This document shows, piece after piece, positions 37,426-47,190 of a DNA stretch of 64,000 bases; position 1 is the first letter of the stretch, and every line of letters starts with the position of its first letter. Origin of the DNA: an uncultured Erysipelotrichaceae bacterium (lineage in GTDB: Bacteria > Bacillota_I > Bacilli_A > RF39 > UBA660). A model generated the notes under the pieces. That model saw nothing but the letters and a program-made list of their open reading frames with translations. It did not search any database and was not told the origin of the DNA. Location: assembly GCA_902793375.1 (NCBI GenBank), contig CADBDE010000003.1, forward strand, positions 30,039-94,038, written 5' to 3'. The translations under genes and the position numbers were made by a program.

Positions 37426-38034
37426 CTATTTTCTTTTCCAAAATGGTCTTTTTGTTAATTTTTTTGGTTCTTCTTTTACTACTTCTTCATTAGTTTTTTC
37501 TTTTAGGTCAGCAAATATAGATACGTCAAATTTTTCTCCTGATAGAATTGCATCTTTGAAGTCATCAAAAGTTTCTGGTCCTTCAAAAGATATGCCATCT
37601 TTTTTCATTTTAGAAATGAAACTATTGTAATTTATGAAACCTTGTCTGTCATATGGATATTTATGTTCATTAGCTCTTTCACCATTTAGGAAACTTGTAA
37701 CTTCACCAGTATAGCAACGAACTACATCTTTGATTGGGTTTGCATTTTCTTTAAAATGATTTTCTTCATCAACATCATTTTTATTGTATACAAGACCAAG
37801 TTCCAAATTCATTTTAATAGTATCATATGGTTTTTGTCTTGCGTAATACTCTGCAGCATCACGAAATATAAACTTTACAGTCCCAATAAAATCATCTTGA
37901 TAAAAACTATTCATTCTTTCTGTAACTATGTTCTTATCTGTTCTAACTTCACCATTGTTAAAGAAACTTACATACGCATCATCATTAGATACACTTGCTT
38001 CTTGTAATTCCTCAAGTAACGTTTTTCCAAACAT
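37426..38034 (-). CDS. Hypothetical cytoplasmic protein (202 aa)
   Basis: ORF only. Divergently oriented to the LysR gene. Confidence 0.4.
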   Translation of the reverse strand: MFGKTLLEELQEASVSNDDAYVSFFNNGEVRTDKNIVTERMNSFYQDDFIGTVKFIFRDAAEYYARQKPYDTIKMNLELGLVYNKNDVDEENHFKENANPIKDVVRCYTGEVTSFLNGERANEHKYPYDRQGFINYNSFISKMKKDGISFEGPETFDDFKDAILSGEKFDVSIFADLKEKTNEEVVKEEPKKLTKRPFWKRK

Positions 38035-38143
38035 TTTTTAACCTCCTTCTATAATTTTTGTTTGATAGGCCCCCAAACAAACTTGTATTATATTCAGTTT
38101 TGTGGTATAATCAAATACAAATTTTTTATGGGTTGTATAACCT

Positions 38144-39040
38144 GTGGTTATGGGGGTTTTTATGAATACTAGTTTAGATCTTTATAAAGCATTTTATTAT
38201 GTTGCAAAAAACAAAAGCATTACACAAGCATCAAATGAAATGATGATAAGCCAACCTGCTGTTAGTAAGTCAATTAAAGTATTAGAAAGAGACTTAAATG
38301 TTATTTTATTTAATAGAAATAAAGATGGTGTTTCACTAACTAATGCAGGAGATATTTTATACAATAAAATTAATAAAGCTATGGAATTAATTGTATCAGC
38401 TGAAGAAGATATAACAAGCATTAATACACTTGAAAAAGGAACAATTAATATTGGAGCAGGAAATACAATAATGCAAAGATATTTGATGCCATACATAAAA
38501 GAATTTCATGAGAAATATCCACATATTAATGTAATTGTACATACTGTTGTTACTGAAGAATTAATTAAAAAAGCACAACTTGGACTTATTGATATAGTGT
38601 TTACTCACCTACCTAATACAATCCCAAATAACTTTAATATATTAAAGATAAAAGAATTACATGATATCTTAGTAGTTAATAAAGATAGTAAATATATAGA
38701 TAAAACAATAAGTAAAAAAGAAATTAAGAAATTACCACTAGTTTTACTTCCATTTAATGCAAGTAATAGAAAAAATTTCAACAAGTTCTGTGCAAAAAAT
38801 AATATTGTTATTAATCCATTAATGGAAATAGGAAATGATTTAATTATTGAAGACTGTGCACAAAATGGATTAGGAGTTGGATTAGTAGTTAAAGAATATG
38901 TTCAAAATAAATTAGATAATAAAGAATTATTTGAATTAAAGACATCATTTGATATAGAACCAAAATATTTAGTATGTTTAATAGAACAAAATAGAATGAA
39001 CAATATAACAGTTAAAAAATTTGTAGAACTTTTAAAATAG
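38144..39040 (+). CDS. LysR-family transcriptional regulator (likely start at the MNTSLDLYK Met, 38162)
   Basis: N-terminal HTH YYVAKNKSITQASNEMMISQPAVSKSIKVLERDLNVILFNR plus a 200-aa substrate-binding domain, as in LysR-type regulators. Confidence 0.8.
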   Translation: MVMGVFMNTSLDLYKAFYYVAKNKSITQASNEMMISQPAVSKSIKVLERDLNVILFNRNKDGVSLTNAGDILYNKINKAMELIVSAEEDITSINTLEKGTINIGAGNTIMQRYLMPYIKEFHEKYPHINVIVHTVVTEELIKKAQLGLIDIVFTHLPNTIPNNFNILKIKELHDILVVNKDSKYIDKTISKKEIKKLPLVLLPFNASNRKNFNKFCAKNNIVINPLMEIGNDLIIEDCAQNGLGVGLVVKEYVQNKLDNKELFELKTSFDIEPKYLVCLIEQNRMNNITVKKFVELLK

Positions 39041-39082
39041 AATAAAAATATGATATAATTAAGATAATCTTGGGGTGATTAT

Positions 39083-39547
39083 ATGAATAAAATAAACATA
39101 TATTTATCAAGTTTTGTACCAGATAATATGAAGTTTTTAGTAGAGTTTTTAAACTATGAATATGGTTATTTAAAAACTCATTATTATGAAGTATCATTTG
39201 AACTAGGAGAAGAAAAATCAAATACAATTAAAATAACTGGAATAAAAGAATTAGATGAAGTACTTCCTTATTTTGAAAGTGTTTTTAAAAAAGGAAGTAT
39301 TAAAGATCGTAAATTAGATGAAGAAACAACAAATGATGTTATTAAATTATTATGTAAAGAATTATTAGATAAAAATGAAAATAAAATCACTCTAGAAAAA
39401 GAAGTTAAAATAAACTTAGATAAACAAGATAATACCTCTTTTGAAGAAATTGAAAATCCCAATATCAGTAATGATAGTTTTAACAGCTATCTTTTTAGTA
39501 AAAGAAGTTTTAATAATTATTTAAAATCAAAGAGAGAGTTTAAATAA
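39083..39547 (+). CDS. Hypothetical protein (154 aa)
   Basis: ORF downstream of lysR; 3-nt gap to the next ORF (operon-like). Confidence 0.4.
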   Translation: MNKINIYLSSFVPDNMKFLVEFLNYEYGYLKTHYYEVSFELGEEKSNTIKITGIKELDEVLPYFESVFKKGSIKDRKLDEETTNDVIKLLCKELLDKNENKITLEKEVKINLDKQDNTSFEEIENPNISNDSFNSYLFSKRSFNNYLKSKREFK

Positions 39548-39549
39548 CT

Positions 39550-41247
39550 ATGCAACAAGAATTAAATAGAATAATTGATTATATCAATTCAAGAACTGAT
39601 TGGGGAAAACTTGAAAAAATGAGGTTTGCTTACATTGAATTAGGTAAGCTTGTACATAAAGACGTATTTTTCTTTTACACAATACAAAATAATTTATTAA
39701 ATGGAAAAGAAGATTTTCAATATGATATAAATACTATTGATGAAATGGTTAATTCTACTAATAGATTTGACTACAAAGTAATATGTAAAAATAGTGCAGA
39801 TATGCTTAAATACATATTTGATCATGTTGGAATAGAATGTGAATTAAGAAAAACTATTAAAACTGAAATTTATAAAAGTGATGATAAAGAAGTTATAATA
39901 AATCACTACTTCATTGTGGCAGTTGATGAAGACAATAAAAAGTATATTATGACATTAAATCCTGATATATATAATATTAAAATTAGTAAAAAAACATCTC
40001 ACTTTGGTACTAAAATACCTTATAAAGTATATGAGACTATAACTAATGAAAAAGGAGAAAAAGAAAAAGTTCTTACACAAGTTTATGAAGGTGAAGAAAT
40101 AGATGGTACTCCTCTTTCTGTTGATGAATTAAAAGCACTTGATGAAAAGATTGGTTATAATTTTATTAATTATAACGGAAGACTTGTTTACACAGATGAA
40201 CTACTAGATGCCTTAGAAAAAAGTTATAAATATAACACAAAATTATTAAATGATGGAGAATACTTCAACATGGTTAGTTGTGATACTCCATTCTATTATG
40301 ATATTTGTAATCTATTAAATGGTAAAAAATCTTTAGAAGAAATTCTTGGAAGTGATAAAGTACCTACTAAAGAAGAAATAGATGATTCTTATATAGATTA
40401 TGAAAACTTATCTTTAGATGAAAAAACATTAAGTGATTTAAAATTATTTATTCTATTTGAAGTAATTATGGAAATATATAATAGATACAAAATAGGATTA
40501 GATGAATATATATTAGATGACTATAAAGATAAATTAGAAGATAAAGATTATGTTAATATGTTAGAAGCATTTAGAAAAAACTTTAGTGATAAAAACTATA
40601 CTAATCTTGGTCCTTATAATCCAATTATGGAATTCAAAAAAACTATTTTAATGATGAAAACAATAGATAATATTATTGAAAAAGGAAACAAGATAGATAG
40701 AAAACAAGATATTAAAGACTTAAGTAATGCTTTAAAAAATGTATTATTAATATTTGTTCCAGAAATGTACTTACCTAGTACTGAAGAAAGATTAAATAGT
40801 TCATATATTACTAATAAGATTATTAAATCATTTGAAAAAATATTTGATATTGGACATATTGGAGAATTTAACAAGCTTGAACTAGCAGAACAAATTGATT
40901 TAATAAAGGAAATACTTTTAAGAGTATTTACTGATCCAAAATTAAATATACCAGATCCTAATGTTCCAGGATATAAAACAGAAAAAAGTCCATTATTTAA
41001 TAGAGTATATTCTACAGTATTATTTAATAAAGAAACAAATGATCCATATTATTTAATGATTGTAAGAAATCCAGCATTACAAATGGATATAAATGAAGGA
41101 TCTGTTCCAATAGTATTTGATTTAAAAAGAAATACATTAACAACTGATATATCTTTAACTGATATATTTGATTCATTCTATATTATTAAAGATCGTGACT
41201 TTAATTTAATGATTGAACAAATAGAAACACAAAATATAAATAAATAA
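39550..41247 (+). CDS. Hypothetical protein (565 aa)
   Basis: Long ORF. No recognizable motif. Confidence 0.4.
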   Translation: MQQELNRIIDYINSRTDWGKLEKMRFAYIELGKLVHKDVFFFYTIQNNLLNGKEDFQYDINTIDEMVNSTNRFDYKVICKNSADMLKYIFDHVGIECELRKTIKTEIYKSDDKEVIINHYFIVAVDEDNKKYIMTLNPDIYNIKISKKTSHFGTKIPYKVYETITNEKGEKEKVLTQVYEGEEIDGTPLSVDELKALDEKIGYNFINYNGRLVYTDELLDALEKSYKYNTKLLNDGEYFNMVSCDTPFYYDICNLLNGKKSLEEILGSDKVPTKEEIDDSYIDYENLSLDEKTLSDLKLFILFEVIMEIYNRYKIGLDEYILDDYKDKLEDKDYVNMLEAFRKNFSDKNYTNLGPYNPIMEFKKTILMMKTIDNIIEKGNKIDRKQDIKDLSNALKNVLLIFVPEMYLPSTEERLNSSYITNKIIKSFEKIFDIGHIGEFNKLELAEQIDLIKEILLRVFTDPKLNIPDPNVPGYKTEKSPLFNRVYSTVLFNKETNDPYYLMIVRNPALQMDINEGSVPIVFDLKRNTLTTDISLTDIFDSFYIIKDRDFNLMIEQIETQNINK

Positions 41248-41256
41248 AAGACTAAA

Positions 41257-41469
41257 TTATCTAAATTTAGTCTTTTTATATTTATTTAAATCAAATCCAT
41301 TATTAATTGCTATTTGTATAACTTCTATACTATCTGCTCTTTCTATTTCAGATATGTCTATTAAAGCAGCGCCAAATCCACCAACAAAATAGGCTCCTTC
41401 AAAATAATTGATTAAATCATTTCTTAATCTTTCAATATCAATATCATTAATATCTATATCTTCTATCAT
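41257..41469 (-). CDS. Small hypothetical protein (70 aa)
   Basis: ORF only. It could instead be the downstream part of the frameshifted flavodoxin region in another frame. Confidence 0.25.
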   Translation of the reverse strand: MIEDIDINDIDIERLRNDLINYFEGAYFVGGFGAALIDISEIERADSIEVIQIAINNGFDLNKYKKTKFR

Positions 41470-41919
41470 AATATCCCTATTTATTATTAACTTCCTTTAT
41501 TAATTCTTTTACTTCTTCTTTTTTTGTATTATCTTCAAAAGTTACTTTTTTCTTAGTAACAAGTTTAACTATTGTTCTTCCAAAAATCCCATCTTCTTAG
41601 AATTAGTTCCACCTTCGAAATAGAAAAATGGAGTATCTTCTAGTTTATTATCTTTAATCATTTTATCGATATTAATATCCTTTTTAGGAGTTAATCCAAC
41701 TCCAAAAACAATTAACTTTTTAGAGTTTATTTTTTTAATCTTTTTAACTCCTTTAATTATTCCTCCCATAATCCATCCACCATGAATAACTAAGTCATAA
41801 TTATTTACTTCTTTAACACTTTTTAGTTCTTTTAAATCACATTTTAATTCTTCGCTAATCCACTCTGCATATTTTTTAGTGAATCCAGTTTTACTTTGAT
41901 AAGTCACTAATACTTTCAT
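41470..41919 (-). pseudogene. Flavodoxin-like protein, apparently frameshifted. ORF 41569..41919 (116 aa) stops prematurely; the C-terminal 38 codons continue in another frame down to about 41471.
   Basis: MKVLVTYQSKTGFTKKYAEWI is a flavodoxin-like N-terminus. After ...KKMGFLEEQ-stop, an alternate frame reads EDGIFGRTIVKLVTKKKVTFEDNTKKEEVKELIKEVNNK, a plausible flavodoxin C-terminus. The switch lies at an A5 homopolymer (41575-41585). Confidence 0.4.
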
Positions 41920-42937
41920 AATAATTCTCCTGTTTTAATAAATCTTTTCTAATCTTTCTTGGTCCTCTAATTGCTTTTATACCTAAACTATTTAAATATT
42001 TAAATGTATAATCTTCTTTATCTAATCTTTTTAATAATTTAAGTTTCATAACACGATTAATAATTAAATTATCATCTTTATAATCATATGGCATATTAAC
42101 TACTGTTGCTTTACACTTATACATTACTTTTGAGTATGGCTCTGCTACATAAAGATATACTATATCATCAACATGTATATCACTTGATTGTTTCCATATT
42201 ACTTCATCAGTATCATTAAAGCAGTTAATTACATCATAATACTTAGGATTAGCAGGAACTATCCATGCTTCTTTTTCATCAATAATATTATAAGATTCAT
42301 CTATTAATTTAAATATTTCTTTATCACTTAAAGTATCATTTAAAATAATAGTAATCCAATCTTTTTTATTCATATGATATGCTTTATAAAACCCTTTTTG
42401 TTTTAATAAATCTAATATTTTTTCTTCATTTAATTTAACATTTATTATTTCTACTTCTCCACTACCATCATCTATTTTAGATAGATCAATATTCATAATA
42501 ATTGCATACCATTTATCATTATTTTTATTTCTATATACTCCACACCCAGGAGTTTTCTCCCATAAGAATTCTGGATCATTATTATATTTATCTTTAATAT
42601 ATTTATTAATTCTATTTGTTTGATTATTAATAAAATAATTTGTTTCGAAACATTTACTTTTAATATCTATTAATATTTCTTTATAAGAGTCTCTTACTTT
42701 ATTTACAAATTCTCCATTCATTTTAGATTTTAATCCTAAATATTCTTCATCTATTTGTAAATCAATTACTTTACCATTAAGAGCTCCCATATTATTAATA
42801 GTAATAATTGCATTAAAGTCATCATTTAAAAACTTTTTTTCATAAACATAATTATTATTACTCTTTTTAAATCCATATGCTTCTAACTTTTTAAAATCAA
42901 CACTTGCTCTTTTAAATACTTCTTCTTCTATATTCAT
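41891..42937 (-). CDS. Two-domain protein: MmcQ/YjbR-like predicted DNA-binding domain fused to a C-terminal EVE (PUA-like) domain
   Basis: YHMNKKDWITIILNDTLSDKEIFKLIDESY matches the YjbR signature (HMNKKHW...L). C-terminal WIVPANPKYYDV...IWKQSS...DIVYLYVAEPYSKVMY matches the EVE pattern. Confidence 0.5.
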   Translation of the reverse strand: MNIEEEVFKRASVDFKKLEAYGFKKSNNNYVYEKKFLNDDFNAIITINNMGALNGKVIDLQIDEEYLGLKSKMNGEFVNKVRDSYKEILIDIKSKCFETNYFINNQTNRINKYIKDKYNNDPEFLWEKTPGCGVYRNKNNDKWYAIIMNIDLSKIDDGSGEVEIINVKLNEEKILDLLKQKGFYKAYHMNKKDWITIILNDTLSDKEIFKLIDESYNIIDEKEAWIVPANPKYYDVINCFNDTDEVIWKQSSDIHVDDIVYLYVAEPYSKVMYKCKATVVNMPYDYKDDNLIINRVMKLKLLKRLDKEDYTFKYLNSLGIKAIRGPRKIRKDLLKQENYYESISDLSK

Positions 42938-43071
42938 TAATTATCATCCTCGTAATAATAATCGTCTTCTTCTAAATCTTCTTCTCCAAAGTCTTCAGGA
43001 CTATAATCTCCACTTCTTACCTCTTCTTTTTCTTCTTCATCATAAGAATTAAAAAATTCAAACAATCCCAT
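42937..43071 (-). CDS. Small acidic peptide (44 aa) ending in an EEDDYYYEDD tail
   Basis: MGLFEFFNSYDEEEKEEVRSGDYSPEDFGEEDLEEDDYYYEDDN. The tail matches the C-terminus of the 50927..51904 product (...EEDDYYYEDD). Its stop overlaps the start of the downstream gene. Confidence 0.3.
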   Translation of the reverse strand: MGLFEFFNSYDEEEKEEVRSGDYSPEDFGEEDLEEDDYYYEDDN

Positions 43072-43091
43072 AATAACCTCCAGTTATTTTT

Positions 43092-44198
43092 TTATTTAAC
43101 CATTTGTAAATATATTCTTTCTTTATCAAAATAAATATCTTTAGTATCATTATATATTTTACTAATACTATCTATCTTATCAGTAAAGATTTTTATATTT
43201 GAATCCTTCATTTCTTCAAATTTAGATGAAATATTATCTTTCATATCCTGACTTTTATTCTTTAAATCTTCTCCACCTTTATTAAACCAAGAATCTATTT
43301 TTTTATCCTTTAAAAAAGATACTTTTTCTGAAAGACCACCAAGAGCTTTTCCAGTATTTCCAATTCCTGATAATACATTTCCTTGTAAAGACTTATTAGC
43401 TTCATTTTTTACAAATTCATAAGCTTTATTATAATTATCTATGTATTCATTACTAAGTGTTATTAATTCTTCTTTTCTAGATGAAAGATATTCTTTTTGG
43501 AAATTTTCTAAAAGCATTATTTCCATAAAAGAGGCAAAAGAATAAACATATAACGATAATCTATAATATGAAAAATCTTGTTCTAATTCATCTTGATTTT
43601 CATTTATAGATTTATTTGTTTTTAAAAATCCACTTTTTTTAATATCATCTGCTATTTGTTTTTGATAAAAATTTATATTTTTCATAGCAGTTCTTTTAAT
43701 ATCTAACATTTGATTATAATTATTATCAATATACTGTTCATCTTCCCAATTATATTTATAATCTACTATTACTCTATTTAAAGTTTTTAGATCTCCTTCT
43801 ATTTCTGCTTGTTTATCATTATCTAAAAAAGATAATATATCTTTACTAATTTCTTTAATTTCATTTACATCTTTTTCTATTTCTGCTAAAGAAATAGTAA
43901 TCATAATTGTAGCAGGATTAAATCCCATTTTATTTAAGTCTTTAGCTTTAGATTTATTTTTTGGATCTTTAAAGAAATCAATAACTGATTTAGGGCCTTC
44001 AAAATTATTTATTTTAAATACTTTATTATCATTATTATTATCATTTTGTTTAAATGCTTCATGATATTCTTTAAATTCTTCATTGATATCAGATAAGTTT
44101 GATAATAAAACTGAAAAACTATCTTTATCAATTTCTTCTTTTTTTACACTTGATAATATATAATTAGAATCTTCTATAATACTTTTATTATCTTCCAT
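43092..44198 (-). CDS. Hypothetical protein (368 aa)
   Basis: ORF only; coiled-coil-rich. Confidence 0.4.
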   Translation of the reverse strand: MEDNKSIIEDSNYILSSVKKEEIDKDSFSVLLSNLSDINEEFKEYHEAFKQNDNNNDNKVFKINNFEGPKSVIDFFKDPKNKSKAKDLNKMGFNPATIMITISLAEIEKDVNEIKEISKDILSFLDNDKQAEIEGDLKTLNRVIVDYKYNWEDEQYIDNNYNQMLDIKRTAMKNINFYQKQIADDIKKSGFLKTNKSINENQDELEQDFSYYRLSLYVYSFASFMEIMLLENFQKEYLSSRKEELITLSNEYIDNYNKAYEFVKNEANKSLQGNVLSGIGNTGKALGGLSEKVSFLKDKKIDSWFNKGGEDLKNKSQDMKDNISSKFEEMKDSNIKIFTDKIDSISKIYNDTKDIYFDKERIYLQMVK

Positions 44199-44542
44199 AG
44201 TTTCCTCCTAACTGTCTACAATGTTATTATAGCATATAAAAAGAAGAATACTTAACTATTCTTCTTAATTAATAATCACCATGATTATCTTAAATCTCAA
44301 TTTCATTTAATATTCTATTTAAGTATTCATAGTTTCTTATTTCATGAATACCAAAATACTTTTTACCCATATCTTTAATTGATATTCCACATAAATATAG
44401 TTTTTTCCTATCTATAATAATAAACCTATCATGAAATGAATTATTATGAATAAAAGTAACATTATGATATTCTTTTTCATACTTTTCTTTTAATACATTA
44501 TCTATATTTGCAGATACAATAATTATTTTTTTATCTATATTC

Positions 44543-45370
44543 TTAATTATTTTTCTTATACTTAAACAAGTATGATGGACGATGTCCTTCTCCTGTTTTC
44601 ATCTTATTTGTTTTTTCAACTTTATTAGCTATAATACGACGAAATGCAGGATCTAATAGTTTCTTATTTAGTATTACTTCATATACTTGTTGTAATTCTC
44701 CTAATGTAAAATACTCAGGCATCATGTTAAATACTATATCTGTATAATTTGCTTTATTTTTAATTCTTTCAATTGCAGATAAAATTACTAAATCATGATC
44801 GAATGCTAGGTATTTATTTTCTTTAGTAACAAATTGATAACGATCTGTTGTTCTTTCTCTTAATTCTTTCTTAATACTAAAATCAATTATTTCTTCATTA
44901 TTACTTAATGTTAATGTTACAACATTTTTTTCTTCTTTTATGGAAATGATGTTAAACCATGATGCATGTTCTACTTTTTCTTCTAATTTTTCTTTATCTA
45001 TTAATGCAACAAAAGAAGTTGATACAACTCTTAATCTTGGATCTCTATCAATTCTATCAAAAGTATATAATTGTTCTAAATAAATATTAGAAAGATTTGT
45101 TTCTCTTTTTAATACTCTTCTTGCACATTCTTCAAGTGTTTCATCTTTAGGATTTAAAAATCCTCCAGGCAAGCACCATTTATCTTTGTATGGATAGTCT
45201 TTCCTTTTTACCAATAAAACACTCATCATTTTCTTATCATTTTTACGATAATTATTTGTATCTTCATTAGAAACACTTATTATTGCTATATCAGTAGTCA
45301 TAGATAATTTTTCATACATACTTGAGTCATAATCTTTTAAAAACTCTTCTTCTGTTTTATATTCTTTCAT
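44543..45370 (-). CDS. nrtR: NrtR-type Nudix-related transcriptional regulator of NAD metabolism
   Basis: N-terminal Nudix fold with degenerate Nudix box (LLVKRKDYPYKDKWCLPGGFLNPKDETLEECARRVLKRETNL), plus about 100 C-terminal residues (winged-helix-like) in a 275-aa protein. Last gene of an NAD salvage operon. Confidence 0.65.
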   Translation of the reverse strand: MKEYKTEEEFLKDYDSSMYEKLSMTTDIAIISVSNEDTNNYRKNDKKMMSVLLVKRKDYPYKDKWCLPGGFLNPKDETLEECARRVLKRETNLSNIYLEQLYTFDRIDRDPRLRVVSTSFVALIDKEKLEEKVEHASWFNIISIKEEKNVVTLTLSNNEEIIDFSIKKELRERTTDRYQFVTKENKYLAFDHDLVILSAIERIKNKANYTDIVFNMMPEYFTLGELQQVYEVILNKKLLDPAFRRIIANKVEKTNKMKTGEGHRPSYLFKYKKNN

Positions 45371-45412
45371 CTTGCACCTCTTTTATACAAATTGATTATA
45401 ACATAAAAAGGA

Positions 45413-45889
45413 TTATTTTATAATTTTTAATAATTCTTTTTTTATAATTTCAATAATATATTTTTTATTATTTGCTCTATTATCTTTTATAGCAACAACT
45501 TCTTTAGTATAAAACTTATTATTATCTCTATCATAAATACTTATATATATTTTATTATTATTATTAACTATATTTCTTTTATCTATCCTGTTTATTTGAC
45601 CAGTTATTCCTACTCCATAATTTGAACTTGTAAAATCGCTTATATTTTTACTCATTTCATTAGCTGTTTCTTTTGAATAAACAGTATACTTATCAATTAC
45701 TTTTTTATTAACACCCATTTTTATTTTATATTCATTTGAGTACGTTACTGCACTATATTTAAAAACTTCACTAGATCCTTCTATATTTGTTATCTCGTTT
45801 GCAAGAAATCCTCCTGTACAAGACTCCATTGTAGATATTGTTTTATTTAGTTTAATTAGTCTTTTTACTATTTCTTTCATATAAACCAT
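45413..45889 (-). CDS. pncC: CinA-type nicotinamide-nucleotide amidohydrolase (PncC domain)
   Basis: TMESCTGGFLANEITNIEGSSEVFKYSAVTYSNEYK matches the CinA C-terminal domain signature (ESCTGG...GSS...VTYSN). Confidence 0.75.
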   Translation of the reverse strand: MVYMKEIVKRLIKLNKTISTMESCTGGFLANEITNIEGSSEVFKYSAVTYSNEYKIKMGVNKKVIDKYTVYSKETANEMSKNISDFTSSNYGVGITGQINRIDKRNIVNNNNKIYISIYDRDNNKFYTKEVVAIKDNRANNKKYIIEIIKKELLKIIK

Positions 45890-46415
45890 TCTTTTTAATA
45901 TAGTTTAATACTTTAGGATCTAAGAATTCATTTTTATTATTAACTCTTACACCAGTAGAAGATAAATCAAGACTTGGATAATTATCTAATACGATAAAAT
46001 TATCTTTATTATATTTCTCTAAATATTTATTTATATCTATACCATTTCTATTCATAATAATAATTTTATATTTTAATAGTTCTTGATAATTTTTCCATTT
46101 ATCAAAATTAATAATATTATCAGCACCCATAATTAAATATAAATCATGATTATATTTTTTTGATAATTCTTGCATTAATAAATAAGTATATGAAATATCA
46201 TTGTGTTCACAATCAATATGAATTTTATCAGTTTCAAAAAACTTTAACATATTAATTCGATGTTTAATATCTACTAAATCTTGTTTATTCCAATAATTTT
46301 GAGTTGCTACTATTAAAATTTGATCTACATAGTTATTATCTAATAAATAATTAACTAAATGGATATGTCCCTTATGAACTGGATTAAAGCTTCCTATAAA
46401 TACCCCTAATCTCAT
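45852..46415 (-). CDS. nadD: Nicotinate-nucleotide adenylyltransferase
   Basis: LGVFIGSFNPVHKGHIHLV is the (H/T)xGH nucleotidyltransferase motif of NadD. 187 aa. Confidence 0.85.
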   Translation of the reverse strand: MRLGVFIGSFNPVHKGHIHLVNYLLDNNYVDQILIVATQNYWNKQDLVDIKHRINMLKFFETDKIHIDCEHNDISYTYLLMQELSKKYNHDLYLIMGADNIINFDKWKNYQELLKYKIIIMNRNGIDINKYLEKYNKDNFIVLDNYPSLDLSSTGVRVNNKNEFLDPKVLNYIKKNGLYERNSKKTN

Positions 46416-46423
46416 ATTATCAC

Positions 46424-47188
46424 CTATTTCTTTGCCTTTACCTCACCATATTGATATGATTGCATTAATTCTAATTTAAATTTATTTAAAGTATGTTTTT
46501 TATCAATTAATGCTTTTACTTTAGGATTTTCACATTCACCAGTTCTTAAATAATTATCAAGTGTTGCATAAGTAAACCCTAAATTATCTTCATCAGTTTT
46601 ACCACATAATCCGTCAGATGGTGTTTTATAAACTAAATCGTATGGGAGTCCAAGTTCTAATCCTACTTTTCTTACTTCATCTACAGTTAAATTAGCAAGT
46701 GGTGCAACATCACCAGCTGAATCTCCATAGCGTGTAGAGTAACCTACCCAATCTTCTGATAAATTGCATGTGTTAATTACTCTTCCATTTAAAGATTGAC
46801 TAACAGCATATAAAGTTGTCATACGTGTTCTTGGTGGAATATTAATAATTGTCTGATTAGTAAGTTCTTTTATTCCAAGTTTTTTTAATTCATTTAAAGT
46901 TTCTTTTTTAACATCATCAACGATATCTTTAATATTAATAGTAATATTTTTAATATCTAAAAAATCACATACTCTTTTAGAATCAGCAATATCAGCTTGA
47001 TAACCATTTGGCATCAATACACCAATTACTCTATCTTTACCTATTGCCCTAGCACATAAAGCTGCTGTTACTGTAGAATCTTTACCACCTGAAATACCTA
47101 TAATGGCATTACAATCTTTTCCATTTTCATTAAACCAATTTCTTAACCATTCTAATAATTCTTTAGTTACTTTTTTTTCATCAAACAT
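46424..47188 (-). CDS. nadE: NH3-dependent NAD+ synthetase
   Basis: IGISGGKDSTVTAAL is the PP-loop SGGxDS motif. Length of 254 aa fits NadE. Confidence 0.85.
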   Translation of the reverse strand: MFDEKKVTKELLEWLRNWFNENGKDCNAIIGISGGKDSTVTAALCARAIGKDRVIGVLMPNGYQADIADSKRVCDFLDIKNITINIKDIVDDVKKETLNELKKLGIKELTNQTIINIPPRTRMTTLYAVSQSLNGRVINTCNLSEDWVGYSTRYGDSAGDVAPLANLTVDEVRKVGLELGLPYDLVYKTPSDGLCGKTDEDNLGFTYATLDNYLRTGECENPKVKALIDKKHTLNKFKLELMQSYQYGEVKAKK

Positions 47189-47190
47189 AT

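Noticed and set aside
36124-37630. Short plus-strand ORFs (36124..36339, 36376..36570, 37044..37493, 37388..37630) and similar small antisense ORFs elsewhere (for example 4560..4763, 7691..7918, 14551..14838, 20979..21323, 22739..22942, 26898..27161, 30922..31116, 33186..33443, 35787..35975, 37756..38007, 38197..38496, 39012..39227, 39268..39462, 40614..40874, 48182..48364, 49524..49724, 51220..51417, 52114..52374, 58318..58527, 60461..60700)
   Set aside because: All overlap longer, motif-supported ORFs on the opposite strand and have low-complexity Leu/Phe/Ile-rich translations typical of AT-rich antisense frames.
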